Positions 1 through 11,399 of a stretch of 49,834 bases of DNA are shown here, in pieces. The notes below the pieces were generated by a model. The model ran no database searches, was not told where the DNA came from, and was given only the letters and a program-made list of their open reading frames with translations. A program made the translations under genes and the position numbers. The first letter of the stretch is position 1. Each line of letters opens with the position of its first letter. Source of the DNA: Candidatus Uhrbacteria bacterium (GTDB lineage: Bacteria > Patescibacteriota > Patescibacteriia > UBA9934); contig DMOG01000011.1 of the NCBI GenBank assembly GCA_003453595.1, positions 1 through 49,834 of the forward strand, given 5' to 3'.

Positions 1-24
1 AAACACCAGAATTCTGGTGTTTTT
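1..24 (-). terminator. Intrinsic terminator hairpin after tRNA-Pro
   Basis: Palindrome AAACACCAGAATTCTGGTGTTT directly 3' of the minus-strand tRNA. Confidence 0.65.
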
Positions 25-25
25 A

Positions 26-102
26 TGGTCGGGGATGTGGGACTCGAACTCACAACCTCTTGGTCCCAAACCAAGCGCTCTAACCTATTGAGCTAATCCC
101 CG
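26..102 (-). tRNA. tRNA-Pro (TGG)
   Basis: Reverse complement CGGGGATTAGCTCAATAGGTTAGAGCG-CTTGG TTTGGGA CCAAG-AGGTT-GTGAG TTCGAGT CCCAC-ATCCCCGACCA; cloverleaf with encoded CCA. Confidence 0.95.
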
Positions 103-145
103 CTTTTGCTTGGGCAAATATACCAAAAATACCGTAATAAGACAA

Positions 146-171
146 GGGGGCTAAGATAGGGGGCTAAGATA
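146..171. repeat. 13-bp tandem duplication GGGGGCTAAGATA x2
   Basis: Exact copies at 146-158 and 159-171. Confidence 0.8.
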
Positions 172-321
172 CCTGAGCAATTTTATGATTTTTTAAATGT
201 GCGCATCTCTACGCTTTATGGATAAATCAGTAGACAGTTGATAAGATGTAAGTGTAGCAATTTTCAGATTTGATAAAGCTTATAATAAACGATCAAGGGC
301 GCGGTTCTCTAAAATAAGATT

Positions 322-1512
322 ATGCTAAATAAACATTGTCAGGAGTGTAATTTGCCGGCTGTTAGCCATGTACAAACATGGCTTGATGAAATAATCAGTA
401 CAATAATGTTACGATTAAAGTTTTCCAAGAGAATATCGTATTTTTTTGATATTCTGTTGGAGAATTTTTTTCAACTGCTTGGTTTGATAAAAATGGAAGA
501 TAATTTTTTACTCTCAGAAATTCAAATGCGCACTGCTTGTTTTATTACAGAAGCAAGAAAACGAGGAGTAAAATTTACAGTCATCAAAGGCCCGTTTGGA
601 TATACAGATCATTTTTATGCCCAGGTTGATGGTCGGAAAATTAGATTTGATAATTTGCCAGTTGCCGATCATATTGGAAAAAATAATACTTCACTAGTTG
701 ATTGTAAAAAAAGAACAAAGAACTATCTTAAAAAAAGGGATTTTCCGGTTGCGGCTGGAAGATCTTTTTGGTTTTGGCAAAAAAATCAGGCCTTAAAACA
801 TGGGGCTGATAAGCTCGGATTTCCTTTAGTTATCAAACCCCGTAATGGTTCAGTATCAAGACATGTCACAACAAATATTAGAAATACGGAGGAATTGTCC
901 AAAGCAATTGCCAAGTCAATTATTTATTCACCAGCGTTTATTATTGAAAAATTCATTGAAAATTCATTTGTTTATCGAGCTACAGTGGTTGATTTTGATT
1001 TTGTAGCTGTGGTCAAACAAGTCCCAGCTAACATCATCGGTGACGGCGTCTTAACAATAGAGCAGTTAGTAGAAGATAAAAATAGTGACAAAAGACGAGG
1101 CGAACCGCACCAAAAAGATTTTACTCTTTGTAAGATTGTTGTTAATGAAGTAACAACAGGTTTACTTGCTAAGAAAAATTACACTTTACAAACAATTCCA
1201 AAGAAAAATGAGATTGTATATTTACAAAAAAATCCATTTCTAAAATTAGGTGGTGATCTTGTTGAAGTGACCGAGCAGGTTTGTCAGGATAATATCAAGC
1301 TTTTTAAGGACATTGCCAGGTTTTTTGATATTCGTTTGGTTGGTATGGATTTTCTCATTCCAGATATTGCCAGCTCCTGGCAAAAGCAGAATTGTGCGAT
1401 TTTGGAATTAAATAGTTGCCCCTGTATTGAAATGCACCATTTCCCATCGTCAGGCATGCCCAAAGATGTAGCTTGTGCTCTTGTTGACGCCTTCTTTAAA
1501 TACTATTTGTGA
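322..1512 (+). CDS. Stand-alone ATP-grasp ligase, similar to the cyanophycin synthetase N-terminal / GshAB ATP-grasp domain
   Basis: Motifs GFPLVIKP, VTTNI, IIEKFI, PANIIGDG..TI.QLV, GMDFLIPDI, ILELNSCP; no Mur-ligase domain. Confidence 0.8.
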   Translation: MLNKHCQECNLPAVSHVQTWLDEIISTIMLRLKFSKRISYFFDILLENFFQLLGLIKMEDNFLLSEIQMRTACFITEARKRGVKFTVIKGPFGYTDHFYAQVDGRKIRFDNLPVADHIGKNNTSLVDCKKRTKNYLKKRDFPVAAGRSFWFWQKNQALKHGADKLGFPLVIKPRNGSVSRHVTTNIRNTEELSKAIAKSIIYSPAFIIEKFIENSFVYRATVVDFDFVAVVKQVPANIIGDGVLTIEQLVEDKNSDKRRGEPHQKDFTLCKIVVNEVTTGLLAKKNYTLQTIPKKNEIVYLQKNPFLKLGGDLVEVTEQVCQDNIKLFKDIARFFDIRLVGMDFLIPDIASSWQKQNCAILELNSCPCIEMHHFPSSGMPKDVACALVDAFFKYYL

Positions 1513-2078
1513 TATTTTTAACTAGTATTTTGTTGTTATTTATATATATTTTTCTGGGAACGGCCCTAGCACTGCTTCTGGTACTTGTAATTGAATCTCT
1601 CATCAAAGGACATGACATATCTACGGGTAAAGAAGCACTAAGTGCACTGGCCGAAACAATCCAAAAATATAACCCAGACGCCAAAACCTTTTATGACCTG
1701 GGATGTGGTCGTGGGTCATTAGCATTAAGATTAAAGAAAAAAATCCCACGCCTTAAAATTTACGCTATAGATAACAGCGCTATTAGGATTTTCTTTGCTA
1801 AACTAAAGAATGTGGCTTTAAGACGAAAGATAAATTTTCAAAAGCAAGATATTTTTCATACTGATTTGCGTAATGCTGACCTGGTGTATACATATCTATG
1901 GTATGACACCATGCCAATCTTGGAAGAAAAATTGCAACAAGAGTTAAAAAAAGGCGCAGTAATTATTACAAACACATCACATCTTCAAAACTGGAAGCTG
2001 GAAGAAAAAATCATAACTTACCCCAAACCCTCCAAGACCCTAGATTTCGAAACCTTATTTGTCTATATAAAAAAGTAA
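1509..2078 (+). CDS. Membrane-anchored class I SAM-dependent methyltransferase
   Basis: N-terminal TM helix, motif I FYDLGCGRG, ADLVYTYL; 4-bp overlap with the upstream gene. Confidence 0.85.
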   Translation: MIFLTSILLLFIYIFLGTALALLLVLVIESLIKGHDISTGKEALSALAETIQKYNPDAKTFYDLGCGRGSLALRLKKKIPRLKIYAIDNSAIRIFFAKLKNVALRRKINFQKQDIFHTDLRNADLVYTYLWYDTMPILEEKLQQELKKGAVIITNTSHLQNWKLEEKIITYPKPSKTLDFETLFVYIKK

Positions 2079-2080
2079 GA

Positions 2081-3208
2081 TTAACCTTTTAAATTTATTT
2101 TTTCGTGTTTTTCGTGTTCGTATCCATCCATTTCTTGCTGATGTTGCTTGTGCAATTCCCACATCGAACCCCGATCGATCTCTCTTGGCTCAGCTTCAAT
2201 AAATTCCAATCCAAGCTCCCACCTTGCCTCTGATACTATTTCCTGCATTTCTTCACCTACAAATTTATCATACCAATTTGAGTTGCTGATTATTCTCACC
2301 TGTCTTTCAAGTGGTATGTCCCAATAATCTCCAACAAAAGATATGCTGTGTGACCCAATAACTCGTCTGGCAAATCCTTCAGAAGAAGAATACTCTTCCA
2401 AGTGCTCGGCACATTGTCTTCTAAATTCATCTATATCTCTCTGGCTGTAATTGCCGTTTTCATAGAGCGCTAAAGTTTGTTTTGCACCATTGAGCCATTG
2501 TTGTGCATACTCAATTTCCATATCGCTAATATAGAATGTTTCTCTAAATGTTTCTAATGGCTCAGCCATGAGTGATAGTAGAAAAGCAAAGTCTTTTTCT
2601 TGCGCTACTAATGCGTCTGCCTGCTCTTCCAAGTCAGGTCTTTCTTCAATCATGTAGGTTTCATATTCATTAACAGTGTCGGAATGTTTTGTTACCTCGT
2701 GCGATGCTTCGTGTAATGAAATTCCATAATATACTCGACCAAACCCAGCGGAGCTTTGATAGTTTTCATATGGGGACACTATATTAAGATGGGCAAGGTT
2801 ATATGCAATGAAGTCGCGTTTATTGAAGCTATCACCTCCAGCGTCATGGTCCAAAAAGAATGCAAAAGCAGGATAGTCCGGGTCATTAAATACATTTATT
2901 TGTCCGCCCTCAATCAGCTCATCTAATCTATCAGCCGATCCGTCTATCGCTATAGAAAATTCAGCATAAGATCCTTCGCCGTCGTATCCATAAATCAGAT
3001 CTGGATTTGCTGCTTGGGCCAGGTCTTTGATTACAGGCAGTAGACTTTCTCTTCCGTCCTGCGCTATCTCGCGTAAATTAAATAATTCGTCGTCTGTTGG
3101 TGCCCTTAAATCTTGTGCGCAACCTTGCGCGATTAGAGCAGCAGTTGTTCCGCAGATAAACGCGCTTTTACCACTTGGTTGGTGAGCGTGTCCTTTAGCT
3201 TTTGTCAT
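2081..3208 (-). CDS. Hypothetical exported acidic protein with HEXXH motif (putative zincin)
   Basis: 375-aa ORF, LIAQGC lipobox-like signal, SLHEASHE. Confidence 0.6.
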   Translation of the reverse strand: MTKAKGHAHQPSGKSAFICGTTAALIAQGCAQDLRAPTDDELFNLREIAQDGRESLLPVIKDLAQAANPDLIYGYDGEGSYAEFSIAIDGSADRLDELIEGGQINVFNDPDYPAFAFFLDHDAGGDSFNKRDFIAYNLAHLNIVSPYENYQSSAGFGRVYYGISLHEASHEVTKHSDTVNEYETYMIEERPDLEEQADALVAQEKDFAFLLSLMAEPLETFRETFYISDMEIEYAQQWLNGAKQTLALYENGNYSQRDIDEFRRQCAEHLEEYSSSEGFARRVIGSHSISFVGDYWDIPLERQVRIISNSNWYDKFVGEEMQEIVSEARWELGLEFIEAEPREIDRGSMWELHKQHQQEMDGYEHEKHEKINLKG

Positions 3209-3272
3209 ATAATCACATTTTACTTTACATAGTTGGATTTTGCCATCAAATCTTGTAGAATGAGGTTATTCT

Positions 3273-5720
3273 ATGAAACCAAAATCAACTGTTTTTGAGT
3301 TTAAGGGTTATGCATTAAATACAAAGAATAAGCAGATTACTTTTGATTATTCAATCGCATTTTCCAATCAGGAATCCCTTAATTTTACTGAAACAATTAT
3401 TTTACCCCGGTTGCCAAAAGGTGTTACCCAAGAGTCACTACGGGTTTTTTTGGAGCCATTGCATTTGATTTTAGGAATAAGTTATTACAAACTTTATTGT
3501 CCGCCAAAGATTAAGCTAGGATTTAAGTTATCAAAAGAGCAGGCAGAGTTTTGGCATACGGTTTACAAAAAAGGTTTAGGTGAGTTTTTGTATAGAAATA
3601 AGCTTGATCCAAAAATTATTGCCAAGTTTCCAGCCTCCAACATTAAACCATGCCCGGTTTTGATTCCAGTGCAAGATCGATGCTTGCTGGGAATTGGGGG
3701 AGGTAAGGATTCAATCGTGGCAGCGGAACTTCTTAAAGAAAACAAGCATGACTTTTCATCATTCTTAGTTGAGACCCAGCGCCAGGATCCAATCTGTGAA
3801 AAAGTTATCAAGACGATTGGTAAGCCAAGTATCAAAATTAAGCGAGTTCTTGATCCAAAACTATTCGAGCCTCACACAGACAGTTATAACGGCCATATTC
3901 CAATCTCAGCTATCTTTGCCTTGCTCGGACTTTTGTCAGCAGCGCTCTATGATTATCGATTTGTTTTGGTTGGCAATGAGTACAGCAGTAACTTTGGTAA
4001 TCTGACATATAAGGGTCAGACGATCAATCATCAATGGAGTAAAACCTCAGAGTTTGAAGCAATGTTGCAGGATTATACGCGTAAGTATATTACGCCAGAC
4101 ATTGTTTATACTTCTGCCTTGCGTCAATTCTATGAGCTTAGAATTGCCATGATGTTTGCAAAATACACAAAATATCATCATTTATTCACGAGTTGTAATC
4201 GCAGTTTCAAGGTTCATAAAGAGCGAACTCATACACTTTGGTGTGGTGAGTGTCCAAAATGTGCGTTTACATTTTTGATGCTGGCGCCATTTTTACCAAA
4301 AACAGAGCTTGCCTCGACCTTTGGCAAAAACCTGCTTGCTGATGAGAGTTTGATTCCCTTGTACCGTGACCTTCTTGGCATGGGAAACCTCAAGCCTTTT
4401 GATTGTGTGGGTACTTTTGAAGAGTCTAGAGCTGCCTTTAGTATGGCGTCTGATAAATATCGAAAGGACGCAGTAGTTAAAAAGCTTTTACCAAGTGTCA
4501 AGGACGGAAAAAAGCTTCAGGCTCAGGTTTTGCGTACGGTTCCGGCGCCTACCTCGCCAACGCAGTTTAGATTTTTGGGAATTGAGTCGGTCTGCATTCT
4601 TGGCTTTGGCAAAGAGGGAAGTGTAACCCAGAAATATCTAAAAAAGTTTTATCCAAAGATCAAGGTAGGTGTCTTAGATCAAACGACTGATAAAAAATAT
4701 CTTGAGCATCAAGCTAATTTTGATCTCGCTATAAAGACTCCAGGCATTCAAAAGTCAAAAGTAACAATTCCTTATGTGACTGCCACAAATTTGTTTTTCT
4801 CCAGTGTTAAAAATTTGACCATTGGTGTGACCGGCAGTAAGGGCAAGAGCACAACTGCGAGTTTGATTTATGAAATGTTAAAAGCTGATGGCCGTAAGGT
4901 TCGACTGCTGGGAAATATTGGCAATCCAATGTTGGCGTCACTTTTAGCAAAGATCGATCCGGCTGAGATTTTTGTTCTTGAACTTTCAAGCTATATGCTT
5001 GATGACATTGAATATTCTCCGAACATTGCTGTGCTTTTGAACTTGTTCCCGGAGCACATGGACTATCACGGGGGAGTTGATGAGTATTATAAAGCCAAGA
5101 AGCAGATATTTGCTTTTCAGACATTGGGCGACATTGCTTTGCGACCTGAATTTAAGGCCAAGATCCCAGTGTCTGATAAAGATATCCCACTTTTAGGAGA
5201 GCATAATCGGAAAAATATTAAAGCCGCTATTAATGTTGTAAAAGAGATTGGTGTGTCTGACTCTTCAATCATCGAAGCGATCAAGAAGTTCAAGTCACTA
5301 CCACATCGGCTGGAGGAGGTGGGGGAGTTTAAGGGAATTAAGTTTATCGATGACGCTATTTCCACAACGCCAGAATCGACCATTGAGGCGTTGCGAGCTT
5401 TGAAAAATGTGAAGACAATATTTTTGGGCGGGGAAGACCGTGGCTATGATTTTAAAGAACTTGAGCGCGAGCTTCGATCAATCGGTGTGGAAAATATTGT
5501 TTTGTTCCCAGACACTGGCAAGCGTATCTTGTCGTCGACAAAAGGATTGAAGATTCTTAAAACAAAAAACATGGAGATAGCAGTAAAGTTTGCGTATAAA
5601 GTCACGCCTGAGGGATCGACCTGTTTATTATCGACAGCATCACCAAGTTATAGCATTTGGAAAAATTTTGAGGAAAAAGGGGATTTGTTTAAAAAATTTG
5701 TTAAAAAATATTCTAAGTAA
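3273..5720 (+). CDS. murL-murD: Fused MurL (UDP-MurNAc-L-Ala-L-Glu epimerase) + MurD/MurD2 ligase
   Basis: N-half: GGGKDS, NGHIP, NHQWSK, SCN..WCGECPKC, KPFDCVG (MurL family). C-half from about nt 4581: ILGFGKEG, GVTGSKGKSTT, ELSS, NLFPEHMDYH, HRLE, DDAISTTP, SPSYSIWKNFEEKG (MurD). Confidence 0.88.
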   Translation: MKPKSTVFEFKGYALNTKNKQITFDYSIAFSNQESLNFTETIILPRLPKGVTQESLRVFLEPLHLILGISYYKLYCPPKIKLGFKLSKEQAEFWHTVYKKGLGEFLYRNKLDPKIIAKFPASNIKPCPVLIPVQDRCLLGIGGGKDSIVAAELLKENKHDFSSFLVETQRQDPICEKVIKTIGKPSIKIKRVLDPKLFEPHTDSYNGHIPISAIFALLGLLSAALYDYRFVLVGNEYSSNFGNLTYKGQTINHQWSKTSEFEAMLQDYTRKYITPDIVYTSALRQFYELRIAMMFAKYTKYHHLFTSCNRSFKVHKERTHTLWCGECPKCAFTFLMLAPFLPKTELASTFGKNLLADESLIPLYRDLLGMGNLKPFDCVGTFEESRAAFSMASDKYRKDAVVKKLLPSVKDGKKLQAQVLRTVPAPTSPTQFRFLGIESVCILGFGKEGSVTQKYLKKFYPKIKVGVLDQTTDKKYLEHQANFDLAIKTPGIQKSKVTIPYVTATNLFFSSVKNLTIGVTGSKGKSTTASLIYEMLKADGRKVRLLGNIGNPMLASLLAKIDPAEIFVLELSSYMLDDIEYSPNIAVLLNLFPEHMDYHGGVDEYYKAKKQIFAFQTLGDIALRPEFKAKIPVSDKDIPLLGEHNRKNIKAAINVVKEIGVSDSSIIEAIKKFKSLPHRLEEVGEFKGIKFIDDAISTTPESTIEALRALKNVKTIFLGGEDRGYDFKELERELRSIGVENIVLFPDTGKRILSSTKGLKILKTKNMEIAVKFAYKVTPEGSTCLLSTASPSYSIWKNFEEKGDLFKKFVKKYSK

Positions 5721-5725
5721 TTTTT

Positions 5726-6223
5726 ATGAAGAAACCAGTCATCATCTCAATAATCGTTATAGCCTTGGTGATAGTTGTTGCTGGATTTTTACTAATGCAT
5801 ACATCTTATCGATCAGGATATGTTCTAAATTTAAATGATAGATCATATGATTCCTGCGAGCTGATGATGAATGGAAATATTGAGCCATTAGCTTCTTATC
5901 AATACATTCAAGATGAGTCTTATTTGGATGCAACTATAACGCCTCGTTATGATTGGGACATAAATCGGGTTCCCTCGGAGGTAAAAGATTGGGAGTTGCA
6001 AGGCTATTCATGCTATCCAATGCCTGGCAAATTTGATGAAAATTTAGCAGTCACATCTGTGCTTTGGGAATGTGAAATTGCTTTTGCGAATTTCTCATAC
6101 TTAGATCCATCACAAACTGACATTCAAGAAACATTTGAAAGTGCCAGGTACACCTGCGGTCTTGTGCCATGTACCAAATTCGACGGAGTCCGTGGAAAAC
6201 TTATCTTGTGTACACTTAAATAG
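5726..6223 (+). CDS. Hypothetical membrane-anchored Cys-containing protein
   Basis: N-terminal TM helix followed by an acidic domain with several Cys. Confidence 0.65.
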   Translation: MKKPVIISIIVIALVIVVAGFLLMHTSYRSGYVLNLNDRSYDSCELMMNGNIEPLASYQYIQDESYLDATITPRYDWDINRVPSEVKDWELQGYSCYPMPGKFDENLAVTSVLWECEIAFANFSYLDPSQTDIQETFESARYTCGLVPCTKFDGVRGKLILCTLK

Positions 6224-6253
6224 TGTATAATAGAGACAAAATAATAAGGAGGT

Positions 6254-7090
6254 ATGTTTAAATATTTGTTAGTTTCATATTTTGTCTTGACTGCGCTAGT
6301 TTGTAATGTTCAGCCGATCGAAAATACTGAAGTAGTTACAATAGTGATTTCAATTACTACATTCATTTTTGCAATCATTCTTGGATTTTCAATGGCAGAA
6401 CGACATTCGCGTTTTAGTTCTTTAAAGCAAATTTTTTCTTCCATTGATGGTTTGATTTTGAATAGTTATTACGCTTCAGGTGCATTAGGAAAGAAAGTGC
6501 AGGAACAATACAAAAAACTATTAGATCAGTTTTTGATGCGCCAGTTTGATTATAAGGTTGATGATTTTGATCATTTATCTGACGATATCCGAGGTATGCA
6601 AGAGTTTTTTTGGAAGTTGCCAAATAAAAATGCAAGACAAAATCTTATAATTGATCATGCATTGATGAGTCTTGAGAAAGTATCTGAATACGAGAGGAAT
6701 GTAAAATACAATATTTTGAACAGAATGGCAGTCTATGAGTGGGCGAGTTTAATTATCTTAGCCTTAATTTCATTATATTGTCTCGTTGCTCTAAATGATG
6801 GTTCGTGGATAATGGTTATTTTCATCCCAATACTAGGTACATCAATTATATTATTGCTTTTAGTGCTTCTAATGTTGGATAAATTATCCTGGAAACATGG
6901 CCAGTGGATGGTCCTACCCGTACTAGATATATTTAAAAAATTAAATCTAACTCCGTATATAGTAGATGACATGCTAGTGTCTGGGAATATTACGAGGAAA
7001 TCGCTTAAAGGTATGAAGGTACGAGTAGCGTCATTTCCGAAATCTTATCCTAATTTAACTGGCAAAAAAGTAAAAATAGTTAAGTTTTAA
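6254..7090 (+). CDS. Hypothetical 4-TM membrane protein (bestrophin/DUF4239-like topology)
   Basis: TM pair, helical soluble domain, TM pair; TATAAT and AAGGAGG upstream. Confidence 0.6.
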   Translation: MFKYLLVSYFVLTALVCNVQPIENTEVVTIVISITTFIFAIILGFSMAERHSRFSSLKQIFSSIDGLILNSYYASGALGKKVQEQYKKLLDQFLMRQFDYKVDDFDHLSDDIRGMQEFFWKLPNKNARQNLIIDHALMSLEKVSEYERNVKYNILNRMAVYEWASLIILALISLYCLVALNDGSWIMVIFIPILGTSIILLLLVLLMLDKLSWKHGQWMVLPVLDIFKKLNLTPYIVDDMLVSGNITRKSLKGMKVRVASFPKSYPNLTGKKVKIVKF

Positions 7091-8304
7091 GCTGCTTTGC
7101 GGGTTTTGATTTTTTCCATAAAGACAGATAATCGCCTTTGCATTTCAGGGATACTAAATCCTTTTACATATTGTCTAAATATAAGCTTCAAAGCATTGAA
7201 TCGCTTTGGCTCTTCTTGTTCAAATTCGCGTGGGTAAATGAAAAATTGGCGAATTGATTCTGCAAAATCTTCTTCTAATCCGCGTTCAATCCCTTCAGTA
7301 TCATAAATTCCACTCGCATATCCGGATTGAAGATGATCTGATATTGCGACAGCTTGTGCAAACCGTTTCCGAATATCTCTATCAACTTCAGTGCTTCTTG
7401 TGATCATTGCATGACCAAGTTCATGAAACCAGGTTTCGAGAATTGTTTGAATATTTTGTTCTGGCGAGATTATTAGGATCATCGTCGCGTCGTCTTTATC
7501 AAACCCACCATGAAATTGGATCTGATGTTCTTCACCATGCGCTGTGATTCTTTGTGATTTTCTAGGTCCAACGAGTTTTATTTTTGATATTATGCCGTGC
7601 AATTCTTCGGGTAATAAATCATACAGTGTATTAGGTCCTTTTTCACCAAATATTCGTTCAATTTCTTTTTGATTCACATCGTCGTCTATTTCTGTTGGTT
7701 CGCGGTCGTTTGAAAGCCATTGTTCAACACTTTCTGACTGAATTTGTTTTCCTACTTTTTCCTGTGTCATAAACAAAGCTAGAACTTTAAGGTCAGAAGG
7801 GATCGATGTTTCAAGAATAATAGGATCAGGTTTTTTAGCGTCTGGATCCAAAGGAGTAGGGTATGGGCTTGTATCATGTCCAATTATCCAAGACGCTGTG
7901 TCTGACATTCCTGCCGCGCGCGCTTCCTCACGTAATCTTCGAGCCTGTTTAAGAAATTTTTGCCAGCGTGCATTAATCTCTTCTTGCCCAAGAGCTTCAA
8001 GTTTTGCAACTGAAGCATCCAGATCACCAGTAAGCGGTACATCTTCAAAATAACCCGGCAAAATTGGTCCGCATGCAAGCAAATCGTATTTCATTAAAAT
8101 ATCACCTAGTTTGAAACTATGTAAAAAGTCAGATTCATGTTGTTGAAAAAATTGCATTGCTCCTGGCGCGCATTCAAGCTGGCTCACAATTTGTTCATGA
8201 GTTTTCTTTAATCGTTCATGAACAATACGATCCTCACGCTCTTCGTCAGATTCCATGGCCCTGGATCGGTCCATTGCTCGCAAACCTTGAAATTTTTTGT
8301 TCAT
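7087..8304 (-). CDS. Hypothetical protein with C-terminal zincin-like metallopeptidase motifs
   Basis: WFHELGHA plus downstream SGYA...EEDFAES (HEXXH + E-x-FAE arrangement). Confidence 0.65.
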   Translation of the reverse strand: MNKKFQGLRAMDRSRAMESDEEREDRIVHERLKKTHEQIVSQLECAPGAMQFFQQHESDFLHSFKLGDILMKYDLLACGPILPGYFEDVPLTGDLDASVAKLEALGQEEINARWQKFLKQARRLREEARAAGMSDTASWIIGHDTSPYPTPLDPDAKKPDPIILETSIPSDLKVLALFMTQEKVGKQIQSESVEQWLSNDREPTEIDDDVNQKEIERIFGEKGPNTLYDLLPEELHGIISKIKLVGPRKSQRITAHGEEHQIQFHGGFDKDDATMILIISPEQNIQTILETWFHELGHAMITRSTEVDRDIRKRFAQAVAISDHLQSGYASGIYDTEGIERGLEEDFAESIRQFFIYPREFEQEEPKRFNALKLIFRQYVKGFSIPEMQRRLSVFMEKIKTRKAA

Positions 8305-8342
8305 ATGTTGTTATTTTACCTAACTTGTCTTTTTTTGAAAAC

Positions 8343-8370
8343 AAAATCAGCCTCATGATGAGGCTGATTT
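8343..8370 (-). terminator. Intrinsic terminator of the 16S transcript
   Basis: AAATCAGCCTCAT / ATGAGGCTGATTT stem, T-run follows on the minus strand. Confidence 0.8.
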
Positions 8371-8372
8371 GC

Positions 8373-8398
8373 TTCACAAACTGTACGATTACAACGTC
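8373..8398 (-). other. 16S trailer arm of the processing stem
   Basis: TTCACAAACTGTACGATTACAACGTC is nearly complementary to the leader at 10053-10077. Confidence 0.8.
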
Positions 8399-8472
8399 AT
8401 TCCAAAGTAATTTTGCTCGAATTTCGAGCGATCTGTCTAAGAAAGACAAATCTCGACATCTTTCTATCCCTA

Positions 8473-9964
<1,492 letters not shown>

Positions 9965-10052
9965 AGTTTCTAGCTAAGCTAGATCTCTGCTGATTGGTAT
10001 TTATTGGAATAATCGATTTAAAAATCGATACTCGAAGCTCGTAAGCTTCGAG

Positions 10053-10077
10053 GACGTTGTAATCGTACAATTGTGAA
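10053..10077 (-). other. 16S leader arm of the processing stem
   Basis: GACGTTGTAATCGTACAATTGTGAA pairs with 8373-8398. Confidence 0.8.
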
Positions 10078-10115
10078 TGTTCGATATTGTTGCTCCTTTT
10101 TGAGGTAGCGCGGGC

Positions 10116-10144
10116 ATTGTACTAAACTGGCGAAAATGTGTCAA
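10116..10144 (-). promoter_or_regulatory. sigma70 promoter of the 16S gene
   Basis: TTGACA-17 nt-TACAAT followed by a GC-rich discriminator GCCCGCGC. Confidence 0.85.
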
Positions 10145-10267
10145 GAGAATCTATGGGCATGTTTTACCCAGATTTGTTTTGACAAAATCATGTTATTTTA
10201 CTATTATTTTGGAGCGATATTCATCGCGATCGATACTCGATCATTAATAATTGACCGACAAGACAAT

Positions 10268-10636
10268 ATGTCTAAGGAGTTTGATCAGGAGTTTACAGAA
10301 TTCATTGTGAAGGCGATCGTTAATCACCCAGACGACGTTCGAGCTGAGCGCACTGTTGATGAACGAGGTGTACTTATCACCCTTCATATTAACCCAGAAG
10401 ATATGGGTTATGTGGTTGGCCGACAAGGTCAAACAGCTCGTGCAATCCGCACATTGCTAAAGAAGATTGGAGCACGCGAAAATGCTCGCGTTAACCTAAA
10501 GATCTATGAACCAGAAGGTTCACGACAACAGCACTTTGAAAACAAAGCAGCTGCCGCATCTGCTGGCGTGGCAAGTCCAGCACCAGTAGTTGCAGATGAC
10601 ACAGACACATCAGAAGTCGACGATCTTACATTCTAA
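10268..10636 (+). CDS. khpA: KH-domain RNA-binding protein KhpA (UPF0109)
   Basis: IVKAIVNHPDDV...DMGYVVGRQGQTARAIRTLL; start moved to ATG 10268. Confidence 0.92.
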   Translation: MSKEFDQEFTEFIVKAIVNHPDDVRAERTVDERGVLITLHINPEDMGYVVGRQGQTARAIRTLLKKIGARENARVNLKIYEPEGSRQQHFENKAAAASAGVASPAPVVADDTDTSEVDDLTF

Positions 10637-10681
10637 GAGAAATCAAAATCGTGATACTATACAGGTATCACGATTTTGTTT

Positions 10682-11371
10682 ATGAAAAAATTCGACATTA
10701 TTACTTTATTCCCAGATGTTATTGAGCCTTATGCTAAAGCATCGATTCTTGGTCGCGCTCAGAAGAAAAAGCTGATTAAGATAAAAGCGCATAATCTTCG
10801 TAGGTTCTCAAAGGATAAGCATAAAAAAGTGGACGACACTCCATACGGTGGGGGACCGGGGATGTTAATGACAGTTCAGCCGATCGATAATGCTGTGCGT
10901 AAGGTGCGAAATAAGCTGGTAAAAAAGAAAACGCGAGTGATTTTAACAGCTGCCAATGGCCGGATGTTCAATCAGTTTGATGCTAAACGATTGGCAAAAT
11001 ATGATCAATTGATTTTTATTTGCGGTCGTTATGAGGGGATTGATCATCGAGTTGAAGAAAGTATCGCTGATGAGGTTTTTTCAGTAGGGGAGTATGTTTT
11101 GACCGGTGGCGAGCTTCCAGCCTTAATTATGACCGATGCGATTGCGCGTAATGTGTCAGGAGTTTTAGGTGCAGAGTCATCCCTAGAATCAGAATCATAT
11201 AATCAGACAGGCATACTTGAGTATCCTCAGTACACTAAACCAGAGATCTACAGGTTTCGATCTGGGCTGAAGAAAAAAGAATTAAAGGTGCCCAAAGTCC
11301 TGCTTTCAGGTGATCATGTTAAGATTGAGGCTTGGAAACAAGAGCAGTCAAAGAAGAGATCAGGAAAGTAA
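10682..11371 (+). CDS. trmD: tRNA (guanine-N1)-methyltransferase
   Basis: FDIITLFP, VDDTPYGGGPGM, CGRYEGIDHR, YVLTGGELPA, LEYPQYTKP. Confidence 0.97.
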   Translation: MKKFDIITLFPDVIEPYAKASILGRAQKKKLIKIKAHNLRRFSKDKHKKVDDTPYGGGPGMLMTVQPIDNAVRKVRNKLVKKKTRVILTAANGRMFNQFDAKRLAKYDQLIFICGRYEGIDHRVEESIADEVFSVGEYVLTGGELPALIMTDAIARNVSGVLGAESSLESESYNQTGILEYPQYTKPEIYRFRSGLKKKELKVPKVLLSGDHVKIEAWKQEQSKKRSGK

Positions 11372-11399
11372 TAGATTGAAGATTGTATTAGCTTCAGTT

